Source: Methanobacteriota archaeon | GTDB taxonomy: Archaea; Methanobacteriota; Methanobacteria; Methanobacteriales; Methanobacteriaceae | DNA: 64,000 nucleotides | Assembly (NCBI GenBank): GCA_963787255.1 | Contig: CAWBCJ010000025.1 | Coordinates: forward strand, 310,398-374,397 | Direction of reading: 5' to 3' | Shown here: in pieces, positions 44,905 to 59,521 of the stretch | How positions within the stretch are numbered: position 1 is the stretch's first letter | Layout: the number at the start of each line of letters is the position of its first letter | Notes under the pieces: model-generated | The model's input: only the letters and a program-made list of their open reading frames with translations | What the model was told of the DNA's origin: nothing | Databases searched by the model: none | Made by a program: the position numbers and the translations under genes

Positions 44905-45927
44905 TTATTTTTCTGGTTTTTCTAAAACAATTTCGAATTCTCCAGGCTTTTCCATTAGCATGCTCGGTTTAACAGCTACAATTGGGAATTTCCATGTCCC
45001 GATCCTTGCAGCTACGGTACTGGCTATATTTCTGGAGTTTTTCTTAACGAATGCGTAATCATGATCATTAATGGTTATATTAACGTTATATTTTGATTCT
45101 TCACCTACTTCATCAGAATAAAGAATATTAAGCTCAAAAGATCCTGGTTTTGTAAATAAATCGTTTCTTATAGCCACCAGAGGGGCATGATCTAATTTTA
45201 ATCTATCTCCAACAGTTACAGCAATATTTCCTGCATATCTAACTGCATCTTTGTAATCCCGGGGACTTACAAGAACAAAAATGATGAAATCGCTTGTTTT
45301 TTCAGCGTCTTCAACCATACTCATTACTTTATCAAATAAAGGAATCTTCATTAATAGGTCTTCCATCTTAGAATCGATTCCTTCATCTTTGCTTTTGGTA
45401 ATCCTATCAATTGCTTCTTTTGCTACTGCTATACCACTTAACTTTTTGCTTTTTTTAACTTTATAAGCATCTATTCCTTTTTTTTCAAATTCGTTAATGG
45501 TCTGGTTGCAAATTTTTTGAAGAATGTTCTTGATTTTTTTGGGCCTGGAAGATGTTCCAATAATTATCTGCCCGTCTTTTATATTGTATGGAATTCTTTT
45601 ACTTGCAATATCCTTAAATTCATCGTTATATTCTCTAAATATGTCATTGGAAAGTATTTTAGCATCTTCTTCATATGCCCTATTTAAAATAAAATGATCT
45701 GCCGTTGTGCCTGCTGGAACCTGTTGAATTTTTCCTTCTTCTAAAAGTGTATTAAATTCTTCTTTTCTATCTATTTCATGTCTAAGCGATGCATCAGCTA
45801 TGGCATAGGGTTTGTAACCAAGATCTTTTAAGGATTCAATTGCCTTTAGCACATGGTCCAGACTTGGTTTTGATTCTTTTCCCTTTTTGAAGTGAGCTAC
45901 GTTGGCAGCGTCAATAACTATTTTCAA
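44905..45927 (-). CDS. Zc3h12a-like (NYN/PIN) ribonuclease with C-terminal extension
   Basis: IVIDAANVA, IADASLRH, VPAGTTADHFIL, ILSNDIFREY. Confidence 0.8.
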   Translation of the reverse strand: MKIVIDAANVAHFKKGKESKPSLDHVLKAIESLKDLGYKPYAIADASLRHEIDRKEEFNTLLEEGKIQQVPAGTTADHFILNRAYEEDAKILSNDIFREYNDEFKDIASKRIPYNIKDGQIIIGTSSRPKKIKNILQKICNQTINEFEKKGIDAYKVKKSKKLSGIAVAKEAIDRITKSKDEGIDSKMEDLLMKIPLFDKVMSMVEDAEKTSDFIIFVLVSPRDYKDAVRYAGNIAVTVGDRLKLDHAPLVAIRNDLFTKPGSFELNILYSDEVGEESKYNVNITINDHDYAFVKKNSRNIASTVAARIGTWKFPIVAVKPSMLMEKPGEFEIVLEKPEK

Positions 45928-46679
45928 TTAATCACCTTACACATATTTTCATACTTTGCAAGAATTCTGGAATTCCCATCAGCCTGATTTAATACTATTT
46001 CTACATTATCCTCTTTAATATTAATTGTATTGAATGAACAAATATCCTTTCCCCTAAGTTTTAGAGATGATACAGTTCCCGCTGTAACGAAAGCTGTATT
46101 TTCAAGTTGCCATGCGTGAGGCACATGTTTATGCCCAGAAAGCACAAGATCAGCATTTCCTTCAATAACTGACTTTAATATATCTCCTGCATCAGTTAAA
46201 ACGTTTCTTTCACGGCCTGTCTTTGGAATAGGGATCAAATGATGGTGCAGAGCAATCATTTTATATAAATTCTTTTTTCCGGCAAATTTAAGCTCAGTCT
46301 CCATTTTTTTCTGCTGTGCTCTTCCAACCTTCCCATAATCAAGATCGGGTTCGCTACTATCCAACCCTATGGCCTTTATTTCATTAGTTCTAACGTTTAA
46401 ATTTCCGCAACGTTTTTTTATTAGTTCTTCAAAGCATTCGTTCCCTATATGCCGTGCATCATGGTTTCCCGGAACAACAAGCAGCGGACTTTCAATTAAA
46501 TCCATGTATTTAGCTGCTTTTTCAAATTCAGCGTAATAACCATTTTCAGTTATATCACCTGTAACAATAACTAGATCAGTATCAAACTCATTAACCTTAT
46601 TTATGGCACTTATTAAAAAATCTTCTTTAAAATTTATAGCGCCAATGTGAATGTCAGATAAATGAGCGATAAACACCAT
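45924..46679 (-). CDS. Calcineurin-like metallophosphoesterase (Icc/CpdA-like)
   Basis: SDIH, TGD, PGNHD, HHH, SGHKH motifs. Confidence 0.9.
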   Translation of the reverse strand: MVFIAHLSDIHIGAINFKEDFLISAINKVNEFDTDLVIVTGDITENGYYAEFEKAAKYMDLIESPLLVVPGNHDARHIGNECFEELIKKRCGNLNVRTNEIKAIGLDSSEPDLDYGKVGRAQQKKMETELKFAGKKNLYKMIALHHHLIPIPKTGRERNVLTDAGDILKSVIEGNADLVLSGHKHVPHAWQLENTAFVTAGTVSSLKLRGKDICSFNTINIKEDNVEIVLNQADGNSRILAKYENMCKVIN

Positions 46680-46681
46680 TT

Positions 46682-47031
46682 TCAGCTTAACCTCATAATT
46701 GCTTCTGCAAGGTCTCCATTTGTTTCTTTAAGCGCATTAAGTGCTTTTTCCTTGCTTACGCCGGTTTGGGCTGAAACCAGTTCTACATCTTCATCAGGTA
46801 CTACAAGTTCAGTTTCGATTTTTCTTTCTTTGGGTTTACCTGTTATCTGGTATGTTTTCTGTCCCATAAAATCCATTATATTTACCTTGGGGTTAGTTAT
46901 AACGATTTCTTTATCCTTAAATTTTATAATAACTTCTGTAGCGCCTTTAATATCTTTCATATCCATGCCCATCTGTTTCATGGATCTTTGCATTTGTTTT
47001 AATTGCTTAGGGTTCATTCCCGCACCAGGTA

Positions 47032-47035
<4 letters not shown>
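46682..47035 (-). CDS. nac: Nascent polypeptide-associated complex protein
   Basis: MNPKQLKQMQRSMKQMGM...NPKV..M...YQI; C-terminal UBA (DV.LV..QTGVS.E.A..AL...GDLAEAI). Confidence 0.93.
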
Positions 47036-49040
<2,005 letters not shown>

Positions 49041-49056
49041 TTATTTCACCTTTTAA

Positions 49057-50298
49057 TTAAAATAATAAGTTATTATATGTTATATCCTCTTCAATAATTA
49101 TTGACAATCTATTCATCATTTCATTTATTCTACCCTTAGAACTATCAATTTTTCCCATTCCACAACTACAAATACACTCCTCAAATTGAGGGCAAACAAT
49201 ATAAGCAGCCTTCTTTGACATCAAATCATCAATTCCAAGTAGATTGATATTTTTTAGAACCCTTCTTTTAAGTCTGGAATCATCCACATTTCTTCATATA
49301 AATATAAAGGCGTTTTTACAGTTGATGCAAATTTTTGAACACCCCTTACAGACTTCCGTTCAATCTCACGTCTATTCAATATTTCAGCAGACGATTCATT
49401 TAATTCGGAATCTCTAAATGGAATTCCAGCATCACTAAGGGCAACCATCCGTTCGTCTTTACATGAAAGAGATTTTTCAATAATTTCAAGATTTTTTGCC
49501 GCTACAGTTCCACCACTTCTTCCAAATTGAGGTCCTACCCCTATATGAAGTCCTGCTTGAACCATTGCGGATCTTACAGGCGCTGCAGAAGTGTAAGTAA
49601 GGATAATACCATCATCCGGTAAAAGGTTTTTTAATTTAATGAAAAATTCTAGGGTGTACAATTCAGGACATTTAGAAGGCGAGAACGGATCCAAAAACAC
49701 GGCATCATACTTCTTTTCACCTTCAAATCCTTTAATTACATTCTCTCGCATCATTTAAATGTATGTTGATATTTATTCTATCGGGTATTTCACTTTTATG
49801 AAATTTAAATCTCAAACTCCCATCTTCAAATAACTTCTCTTCTATTACCTTTTTAATAATTTCATAGGATTCTACCGGATTTTCAATTAAAAGCGAAGCT
49901 GCAACAGTCTCTTTAGATATTTCCACCATATCAATTTCAATTTCGACTTCATCATCTAAAAATTCAATGCATGAAGCAGCATTATAACCTAAACCACTGC
50001 ATATATCCAGAACACGAACTTTTCCCTTACCTTCTAGTCGTGCAGGTTTTACAAATTTTTCCAATGATTCTTTTATAGCACCATGATGAGTATGCATTGT
50101 TTCTGAATTTCCATTATGAGAATTAGAATTAAGGGTATACGATCCGTCTTCAGTTTTAACTAGATACTTTTTTAAATCTAATTCAGCTTTTTTCCTTGCT
50201 TCTCTATCTCCCATTTTTTCGTTTTTGAACCAATTTCTAACGATTTCCATGGCTTCATCAGCTGGAGTTAAGGGTTGATATCCATTTTCTATTATCAT
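49057..50298 (-). CDS. MnmC/MnmD-like SAM methyltransferase (two frameshifts, near 49740 and 49280)
   Basis: TEDGSYTL..ETMH..GA..ES..KF, LDICSGLGYN, FLDPFSP..PELY; Cys-rich tail. Confidence 0.75.
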
Positions 50299-50506
50299 AA
50301 ATATTTTCCAATACTATTAATGAATTAATAATTTCAAAAATTAGATTTGATTAAATGCAGCTATAAATCTTTTTTTTAAAGGATTTTACTTCAAATAATA
50401 AATATAGAAAGTTCAACTTAATTAACATTAGATATTTAATTATAAAAAACATAGTTTACCATTTAATATTACAATTTAAAATAATACATTTGGAGGAAAA
50501 AAATAG

Positions 50507-51091
50507 ATGGTAAAGATCATTGGAATAGTTGGAAGCCCTCGAAAGAATAGTAATACTCGTTATCTCGTTGAAAAAGCGCTTGAATCAGCTGAAAAATCAG
50601 GTGCAGAAATTGAAATTTATAATTTAGGCGAGATGAATATTGAGCCATGCAATGCTTGTGATATTTGTAAATTAACAGGAGAATGCCCTAAAGACGATGA
50701 TATTAATGAAATTCTATCTAAAATTAAAGATGCACATGGAATAATATTTGGAAGTCCTGTTTACTTTGGAAATGTTTCAGCTCAGCTTAAAATATTCATG
50801 GACAGATCAAGACCTCTACGCGCTGATTTTAAACTAAAAGACAAGGTCTGTGGAGCAATTGCAGTTGGTGCATCACGAAATGGAGGCCAAGAAACTACCT
50901 GTGCAGCAATACATGAGTTTTTACTAATTCATGATGCAATTGTTGTTGGTGACGGTTCACCACTTGCACACTATGGAGGAACCGGAGCTGCAGGACCTGC
51001 AGGAGACGTTGCAAATGATGAAATGGGAATTGAAACCTCTAAAAATCTTGGAAAACGTATTACAGAACTAGCTCAAAAGATCCACAATTAA
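50507..51091 (+). CDS. Iron-sulfur flavoprotein / flavodoxin family
   Basis: [12 protein letters not shown].....C, GSPVYFG, GGQE. Confidence 0.9.
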   Translation: MVKIIGIVGSPRKNSNTRYLVEKALESAEKSGAEIEIYNLGEMNIEPCNACDICKLTGECPKDDDINEILSKIKDAHGIIFGSPVYFGNVSAQLKIFMDRSRPLRADFKLKDKVCGAIAVGASRNGGQETTCAAIHEFLLIHDAIVVGDGSPLAHYGGTGAAGPAGDVANDEMGIETSKNLGKRITELAQKIHN

Positions 51092-51319
51092 AAAAAATAT
51101 CAAATATTTTTTTTAACAGATAAATTAACATGAAGTGGATATTGCTTAATTTACATATTGAAAGATTAAATTACAGCTTTTTAGACAAACCCATATAATT
51201 AAGCAATTAATTTAAAGATAAAACAAATTAAAACTTATCATATACATGAGCGTAAAGTTATGCAAATATTCTTATTAAATAAAATCTTAATTTAAAAATA
51301 AAAATAAAGCAGGCAAAAA

Positions 51320-52123
51320 ATGAAATTATCAGTAAAAGAATTAAATAATAACGATCATGCAGACCAATTTTTGCATGAAAATTATGAAAACAACGATAAT
51401 TCCATTTTTAGGAATCCAACTACAAACAAAAACATAGAATATAATATATACATAGTTTTACCTGCATATAATGAAAGTAAAGTCATTGGAAATGTTATAG
51501 AAGAACTTAAACAAAGAAATTTAAATATAATTATCATAGACGACGGATCTTCAGATGAAACATACAAAATCGCTGAAAAATCATTAAAAAACTTTAATGG
51601 ATTCATTTACAGACACAGTATCAATAGAGGAGTAGGTGCAGCTCTAAAAACAGGGATAGAAGCAGCGCTTCAAAAAGATGCCGATTTAATTGTGACATTT
51701 GATGCTGATGGCCAGCATGACCCTGAAGATATAAATTCATTAATAATTCCTATAATAAACGGCGAAGCAGATATAGTAAACGGCTACAGAAATTTTGAAG
51801 AAATGCCAGTATCTAAAAAACTTGGAAACCAGATAATGAACATGATAACCTGGATATTCTACGGCATTCGAGTAAAAGACTCCCAATCTGGGTTTAAAGC
51901 CTTTGATAGAAAGGCTGCAGAAGTTTTTGAAATACATTCAAGAGGTTTTGGAGTAATTTCAGAAATAATGGGAGAAGTAAAAAAACACAACTTAAAACTC
52001 AAAGAAGTACCCATAAAAACCATATATACCGATTATTCAATGACCAAGGGAACAAATTTAAAAGTAGGTCTTAAAATTTTATTTAAACTAATAGTAAACA
52101 TATTCAAAAAGGTGTTATCATGA
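51320..52123 (+). CDS. GT2 glycosyltransferase (dolichol-phosphate sugar synthase-like)
   Basis: PAYNE, IDDGS.D, N.G.GAA, FDADGQH, DSQSGFKA. Confidence 0.9.
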   Translation: MKLSVKELNNNDHADQFLHENYENNDNSIFRNPTTNKNIEYNIYIVLPAYNESKVIGNVIEELKQRNLNIIIIDDGSSDETYKIAEKSLKNFNGFIYRHSINRGVGAALKTGIEAALQKDADLIVTFDADGQHDPEDINSLIIPIINGEADIVNGYRNFEEMPVSKKLGNQIMNMITWIFYGIRVKDSQSGFKAFDRKAAEVFEIHSRGFGVISEIMGEVKKHNLKLKEVPIKTIYTDYSMTKGTNLKVGLKILFKLIVNIFKKVLS

Positions 52124-52512
52124 TACTTTCATTATATCAAATAATAGGATCAATTATTGGAATAATAGCCATAATATTAGCCCTTTTAAGATTCAAAGAA
52201 GGAAAGATAACCCTTGGAATGTTATCTTTGTGGATTCTTCTTTGGATTGGAGTAATTTATGTTTCATTATTCCCAGAATCAACAAATTTTTTTTCAGCAG
52301 CAGCAGGAATTGGAAGAGGACTTGATGTTGTATTAATATTAGGACTTTTTGGATGTTATTATTTAATTTTTAAGATTTATACCATGATTGAAAATATGGA
52401 AAAGGAAATTACACAGCTTGTAAGGGAACTTGCACTTCAAAGAGAAGATTTAAATGAAAAATCCAGCGTTAAATCCAAGATTGATGATAAAGAATTTAAT
52501 AAATCCAAATAG
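52120..52512 (+). CDS. DUF2304 membrane protein
   Basis: Three TMs, GIGRGLD, IT.LVRELAL; ATGA-coupled to the GT2. Confidence 0.8.
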   Translation: MILSLYQIIGSIIGIIAIILALLRFKEGKITLGMLSLWILLWIGVIYVSLFPESTNFFSAAAGIGRGLDVVLILGLFGCYYLIFKIYTMIENMEKEITQLVRELALQREDLNEKSSVKSKIDDKEFNKSK

Positions 52513-52554
52513 TATCACCACTTATTTTAATGTAAATTATAAACTAGTGAAAGC

Positions 52555-53752
52555 ATGAAAATAGGATACTTTGTCAGGTCATTTTCCTTACATGATCATC
52601 TTATTGACACATCAGATTACATTAAAAAATATGCCCACGGCGGAACAGAAATTGCAGCATATAATTTTGCCGTTGAATATGCAAAAAACGGGACCATGAT
52701 GTAAATATATTTACAACATCAATGAACTCTAAAGATTCGTCCGAAAACGTTCAGGGGCATAAATATTTACCGTTATGGAACTAATTATTAAAATTGCAAG
52801 TGCAAATGTAGCTTTAAAAATCTTTATAATCCCCTTAAGCATGAACTTGATATTGTACATTCACATTCTCCAACTCCGTATTCTGATATTCAGCATATAA
52901 GTATATGCTAAAGAGAAAAAATGTTCCCTATGTACTCAGTTATCACATTCGATGGCCAAGAAAGTGGTGGAAGCTTTATTCGTAATTCAGGAGTTATTTT
53001 TTACAACCGAATCATTTTAAATAAAATTTTAGACCACGCAGATGTTATAATATCCACTCCCAATTCTTTCCTTAAAGAATCAAAATTTAGCAGAAAAATA
53101 TGAAAATAAGGCAGTTATAATCCTAACGGCATTAATTTAGATGATTTGAGCATTAGATTATTCCAAAGAAGAATGCAGGAAAAAACTAGGCATACCTGCC
53201 AATAAAAAAATTATCTTATTTTTAGGCAGTTTAGTCCAATACAAAGGCCCTGACGTGTTATTAAAAGCTTTCTCAATGGTTCAAAACGAAATTCCTGATT
53301 GTAGAACTAATTTTTGCAGGAAGAGGCCATATGCAAGAATTACTCAAAGAATTATCCAGAAAATTAAATGTTGAAAGTAGTGTAAAATTTTCAGGGTTTG
53401 TTGAAGAAAAATTAAAACCATTCTACTTTAAATCAGCGGATGTATTCTGTCTTACCTTCCACCAGCCTAATGCGAATCCTTTGGTATAGTGAATTTAGAA
53501 GCTATGGCCTGCGGAACTCCCATTGTTTCGTCCAAATTGGGAGGACTTCAAGATGTTGTTGAAGATGGGAAAAATGGACTGTTAGCTGAGCCTGCGATGA
53601 AAAATCACTGGCAAATGCATTAATATATTTACTAGAAAATGAAGATGCTGCAAAGAAAATGGGAGATTATGGAAAACAAAAAGTCAGGGATTATTCATGG
53701 GACAAAATTGCTGAACAAGACAGAGGAAGTTTATAAAAGACTACTTAATTAA
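52555..53752 (+). CDS. GT4 glycosyltransferase (multiple frameshifts)
   Basis: Fragments [37 protein letters not shown] across frames. Confidence 0.7.
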
Positions 53753-53808
53753 TTGTTAAATATTATTATACTTCAAAATGCATTTATTTTACTACTGGTG
53801 ACAATTAA

Positions 53809-54994
53809 ATGGAAATAGATTATATAAATGGTACCAAAGACAGATAAAATATTCGGAATGTCAAAGTATCAAACTGAGATACATAAAAGAATAAAAAGCA
53901 TTCATTTTAACGTTATTGAATATGAATCATTGACTAACGTGTTTGAAAAGAAATATAAATCATATTTTTCCAGTTAAATCTTCTGAATTCTTTTAATAAA
54001 TCTCCATATAAAAAATCATTTAATGATAAAATGTTTAACAGGATTGTAAACGTTGCAAAGCATTTTTCTAATGATATTGACAGAAAAAGGTACTCTAATA
54101 TAGTAAAAAAGGAAATGAAACCTGGAAATGTGGAACATATTACTTATCAGGACCTTGCATATCTTTTAAATTCAATAAATCTTGAAAAAAGCATTATTAC
54201 TTGCTACTGATTCTTATACCTTGGGCTTACGAAAAAAATCGTTCTTCTTTCTGGAAAAATAATATGAACGGCTTGAAAAAAGCTAATAGAATCATAACGA
54301 TTTCTAAATTTTCAAAAAGTGAAATAATAAAATATTTAGATTACTCTGAAGAAAATATCGAAATTATATATCCTGCAGTAGATCACAATACTTACAAGAA
54401 GATTAATGATAATAAAATCCTAAATAAACTAAATATTTCAAAAAAGGAGAATATAATACTATACGTTGGATCAGAAGAGCCAAGACAAAATTTAGATTTA
54501 TTAATTAATGCTTTTAAAAAATTAAAAGGAAAGTTACCACGATGTTAAGCTTTTAAAAATAGGTAATCCTCATTTATATGGTGCAAGAGAAAAACTTTTA
54601 AAGCAGATAAATTACTTGGATCTTCAAAATGATGTTATCTTTTTGGATTTTGTTGCGGAAGAAGAACTACCTCTATTGGTACAATGCGGCTAGACTTACT
54701 GGTTTATCCGTGCTCTTATGCGGGTTTTGGACTACCTCCTTTAGAAGCCATGGCCTGCGGTACTCCTGTTATTACATCAAACACAACTTCACTTCCAGAA
54801 GTTGTGGGAGATGCGGGAATTATGGTAAATCCTAATGATATTGATGAATTAGCAGATAAAATGTATGAAGTACTGACAAATGATGGTTTAACAGAGGAAA
54901 TGGCTGAAAAGGATTAAAAAGAGCAAAATTATTTAATTGGGATGAATCTGCAAAAAAAACTGTTAAAATATATAAAGAATTAAATGGTGATTAA
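53809..54994 (+). CDS. GT4 glycosyltransferase (multiple frameshifts)
   Basis: [43 protein letters not shown]. Confidence 0.75.
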
Positions 54995-55760
54995 TATTAA
55001 TAATGAAAAAGAAATCTGGGATAATCTTTGGATAAAATGCCAGATACCATTACCTATAAAGATATTTTTTATTTAATGGATGAAATAAAGCTAGAATATC
55101 TAATAGACATTTTACCTTCACCACAGGAAAATATAAAGATTATTGAAGTTGGATGTGGTTCTGCAAAATTATCTTGTTTTCTAGCATCATTGGGTTATGA
55201 CACTACTTGTTTGGATTATTCAGAAAACGCTTTAAATGTTGCCAAAAAAAATTATCAAATAACTAATAACAAAGGTAAATTTATAGTAGGTGATGTTAGA
55301 AACTTGCCTTTTGAAAACAATACTTATGACGTGGTTTTATCAACAGGATTACTGGAACACTTTAAAGATCCCAAATAGTAATAAATGAAATGGTGCGAAT
55401 ACTAAAGCCCAATGGAATTTTTTATTCTGATATTGTGCCGGATAAATTTTCTCTTTTTAGACTCATTTAATATTATTAAATAAATTGAATTTATGGAGCA
55501 GAAAATGAAGATTTATATGAAATAAAGCTAAATAAAAACGATATAGTTAATATGCTCCAGTTTGAAGGTTTAAGTGATATAAATGTATTTCCTGCAGGAG
55601 TATTTCTTCCACAAATACCCTATGGCAAAAAAATTTCATTCTTAAAAATATCGAATATAAAACCTTCTTAAAACTAAAATCTTTAATTAAATATCTTGAT
55701 AATACTCAAATTGCCCAATTATTTGGATTTTATTATTTTGTTTGTGCCAGAAAAATATAA
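54987..55760 (+). CDS. Class I SAM-dependent methyltransferase (frameshifted)
   Basis: EVGCGSA, GDVRNLPF, STGLLEHF, then R.LKP.G in another frame. Confidence 0.7.
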
Positions 55761-55769
55761 TATATTTGA

Positions 55770-56795
55770 TTAATCCAGTTTATCCAAAACTACTATTAAG
55801 TCTTTAGTTGCTGCAATGATTGTAAAGAACTCTTTTTTTATTTATAGCCAGTAAATAACTTAATAAAATTACTTTACTTAATATAAAATAGGGATAATAT
55901 ATTACTTTATGCCAATATTTCCCATTTTTCTTTATTAAAAGAAAATAATTGCGTATTCCATAGTACAAAGCTGCATTAGAATTTTTGTTTGTTGAAGCAG
56001 ATATTTTATGCCATATTTTAGCTTTAGGAACATGCATGACTTTAAATCCTTTATTTTTTTGCTCTTAAACACCAGTCTGCATCTTCATAATAAAGAAAAA
56101 ACTGAAGGTTCCAATAATCCTACCTTATTGATTACTTCTTTTTTAATGAGTAAGCTGCATCCACATATATAATCAATTTCATTTTTAATTAAATCTCTTT
56201 TGGATATGTTTAAATAAGGATGAGTTATTTTTCCAGTATAAAAGTTGATATTTCCACCAATATAAGTTATTTTTTTGGGTTCATTATAACAATAAACATT
56301 AGGACCTACTATCCCATTATCGTTCTTATATAATTCATCCACAAGCATATTTAAAAATTGAGGCTCTACAACAGTGTCATTATTTAAAAGTAATACTGAA
56401 TCCGTATTTAAAGTATCTAGAGCATATTTTATACCAATGTTATTCCCTCCTGCAAAACCGTAATTTCTATCATTTTTTACGAGAATTAACTTTTTGTTAG
56501 ATGGTAGTTTGGAAAATTCATCTGATATTCTAGTTATTTAATTCGGATTTAGTGAATTCTAAAGATATTTAGGGGTTTATTTCCTAAATCAAATTTCAAA
56601 AAAAGAAAGATTTTACCTCTATTTTTCCTTCACAATTATTGTTTAATTTTTTCTATTGAATCATCCTCAGAGGCATTATCCACCAAAATCACATCATAAT
56701 TAGGGTTATTCAATCTGGAAAAGGGATTCCAAGCATTCTATAGTATCTTTCCAACCATTCCAGTTTAAGATAATAATTGAAACATGGAAACTCAT
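55770..56795 (-). CDS. GT2 glycosyltransferase (frameshifted)
   Basis: [58 protein letters not shown]. Confidence 0.75.
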
Positions 56796-57729
56796 TTTTT
56801 TACTTCCAGTATAAAAAGTGCGTGATCTCCTATATTAGTTTTATTTAGGCATATGGCTTTCTTTTTGAAATTTTTAATTTGTTTCTTTTTGAAAATGCTT
56901 TTTTTAGGATTTTTTAAGTATGAATTTTGTGTAGTTAATGGTATTTCATTTTTATACTGTTCACTTCCCCAAAATTGGAATTCATTAGAATCAAAAATTA
57001 CTTTTTTAATTTTTAAATTTGTTTTTTCTAAAAATAGTTTAAAACTGCTAACAGTATGTAAAAAGAAATGACGTGGAGCGTCGATTTGTACCCAATTAAC
57101 GTTGTACTGGTCCCATATGTATTCTGTTTTAATTGGCATTGTAATTATACAGATACCTGTATCTAATAATATTTTAAAGACTTTTTGCAATGTTTCTAGC
57201 TGATTTGATATGTGTTCAAATGAGTCTTTAAAAATGACCGCATCAAAATCATAGCTATCTTGCATGTCATGAATATTTTTTTTAAATATATTATCCATAT
57301 TTTTTTCGATAAATGGATCAATACCATAAACTTCTTTAAATCCAATGCTTTTAAAAGAATTTACCAGTCTTCCATGGCCACATCCAACATCTAAAACTTT
57401 TGAATCAAAAGATATATCTTTGATTTTATTGAAAAAATATAAATAAGATACATTTTGTTCCAAATTTTTCCGATAATTCCTTTCCCCGAATATGAATATT
57501 TATTTCTTTCAGTTCTTAGGTATTTTTTAATAAAGTTTTCAGGGGTATGATTAAATGAATAAAAGTATGATGGATAGTATTTATCCATTTCTTTAGGTAT
57601 TTTGATGATCTGGAGGCAGCCGCAATTTGAACATTCCAAATAATCAAATTCATCTTTAAAACCAAACATCATTTCTTTTATTTGGAATATTTTATTATTA
57701 TCCTTATTTTCACATACCTTACAGATCAT
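56792..57729 (-). CDS. Class I SAM methyltransferase with N-terminal Cys motifs (frameshift near 57460)
   Basis: C..C...[25 protein letters not shown]. Confidence 0.75.
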
Positions 57730-59159
57730 TTTATCACATTAATTAATTTTCTAAAGAGAGTAATATCTTTATCATCAAATAACTTAAATATATATAATAA
57801 TATCATGTAAATAATTGCCGCTGCAACTGTTATTACTATTAAATTTAAGTCTTCAATGATTTTTATGAAAATACCCATTATTATACTTGCTAAAAGTATT
57901 TTTAAAAATTTTTTAAGGATTTCTTTATTAAATAAGCCGTATTTGTAACGGAAAGTGAAAATAGATATTAAAATGAATATCATAATATCAGTGAGAAGTA
58001 TGGCAATACTGGATCCAATAAAACTGTATGTTGGTATTAAAAGTAAATTTAAGATTATGTTAAAAATTATCCCAAATCCAAATATATAAGTAAGTATCAC
58101 TTGCCTGTCCGTTGATTCAAATAAGCGCTCTAACGCTGTTCTAGCAAAAATAAATACCATAGACCAAATTAATATCTGTAAAGCAGCTATTGATGGAATA
58201 TAACTTTCTCCAAGTATAATTAAAATAATTTTATTTGAAAGAATAGTAGTTCCAACTCCTATTGGAATTCCAAGTATTAACATATATATAAAATATTTTT
58301 CAATTAATAGTTTCAAAGAATCTTTTGAAACTAAAAATAAACGGGACATGACAGGAAAAAGAGAACTATTAAATACCATAGGGATAAAAAGGAGAAAAAG
58401 AACCAGCCTATAAGCTCCACTATACCATCCTACAGCTTCATTCCACCCTTAAAGAATTCTAATATTACTGAATCAATCCATAGATAAATGTTAAGTGAAG
58501 CTGCAGTTAAACCAAATGGTAGAAAGATCTTAGTAGTTGATTTAAGAATTTAAAATCAATCTTGACAGCTGGAATATTAAATTTCGGGCATGATATAATG
58601 AGATTAAATCCTAAAATAGCTATTCCAGTTAATAAATAAACTATTGCAACCAGTAATTCCCTGAGTGTAAGATAAATTAATAATGTACCCGTTAAAATTA
58701 AAAATGTATTTATTAATGTGCTTATTGATTGGTATTCAATTTTTTCATATGCCTGAAATATAGAATAGAATATCTTAGAAAAAGAAGTTAAAACAGCATA
58801 TAAAATAAGAAAATAAACGACTTTAAAAGTTTGTTGTTGATAATTAAGGGCATTGGCAGTTAAAATAAGTATAGTAAATGTTATTACTGATAAAATTAGC
58901 TTTATTCATATTGTATTAGCAAGATACTTGCTTGCTAGCGATTTATCTCGTGCTACTTCTCTTACAGTTAATGGCTTAATCCCAAATCAGCAAGAATCCC
59001 AAATATACCTGTAAATGCAAGGCTAAGGATAAAATACCAGATCCATCTACGCCTAAATAACGCGCAGTGTAAATTACGTAGATAAACCAAGTACGTAACT
59101 TAATATTTGAGCCACAAATAGTACACCTGTATTCTTTGCTATTCTTCTAATGCAGTCAC
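57726..59159 (-). CDS. Oligosaccharide flippase (Wzx/RfbX-like), multiple frameshifts
   Basis: RIAKNTG..., YTARYLG, REVARDK, QAYEK, AVGWYSGAYRL, FPVMS, LNLLLIP.Y..IG. Confidence 0.75.
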
Positions 59160-59284
59160 TTAAACACCCATTCATTTAAATATTTATCATTTATTCGATT
59201 AATTAGTTTATATATGATTTGATTAATATAATTCACAACATATTAATTGTAAAGGATATATTTTACCTCCTAAGGATGAAAATT

Positions 59285-59411
59285 ATGTCAATTTTAATAA
59301 CGATAGGAATTATTGCCAAAAATGAAGCGAAATATATAGCTAGTACTCTTGAAATTCTTATTAAAAAAACTTTGACCATTCATTATTTGAAATAAGGTTT
59401 TAGATGGTAAT
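59285..59411 (+). pseudogene. Degraded 5' fragment of the GT2 gene at 60821
   Basis: ATGTCAATTTTAATAACGATAGGAATTATTGCCAAAAATGAAGCGAAATATATAGCTAGTACTCTTGAAA... closely matches 60821-60949. Confidence 0.75.
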
Positions 59412-59521
59412 ATTGATGTTAAACTCCACATAATTACAGAAAATATTTTAATATCAATGTATAAAATTATATAATAATTAGACTTATTATATAAAATTAT
59501 TAACAAAGTTCAGGTGTTAAA

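Noticed and set aside
59294-59506. 70-aa minus-strand ORF
   Set aside because: It is antisense to the decayed GT2 fragment and is low-complexity AT-rich sequence.
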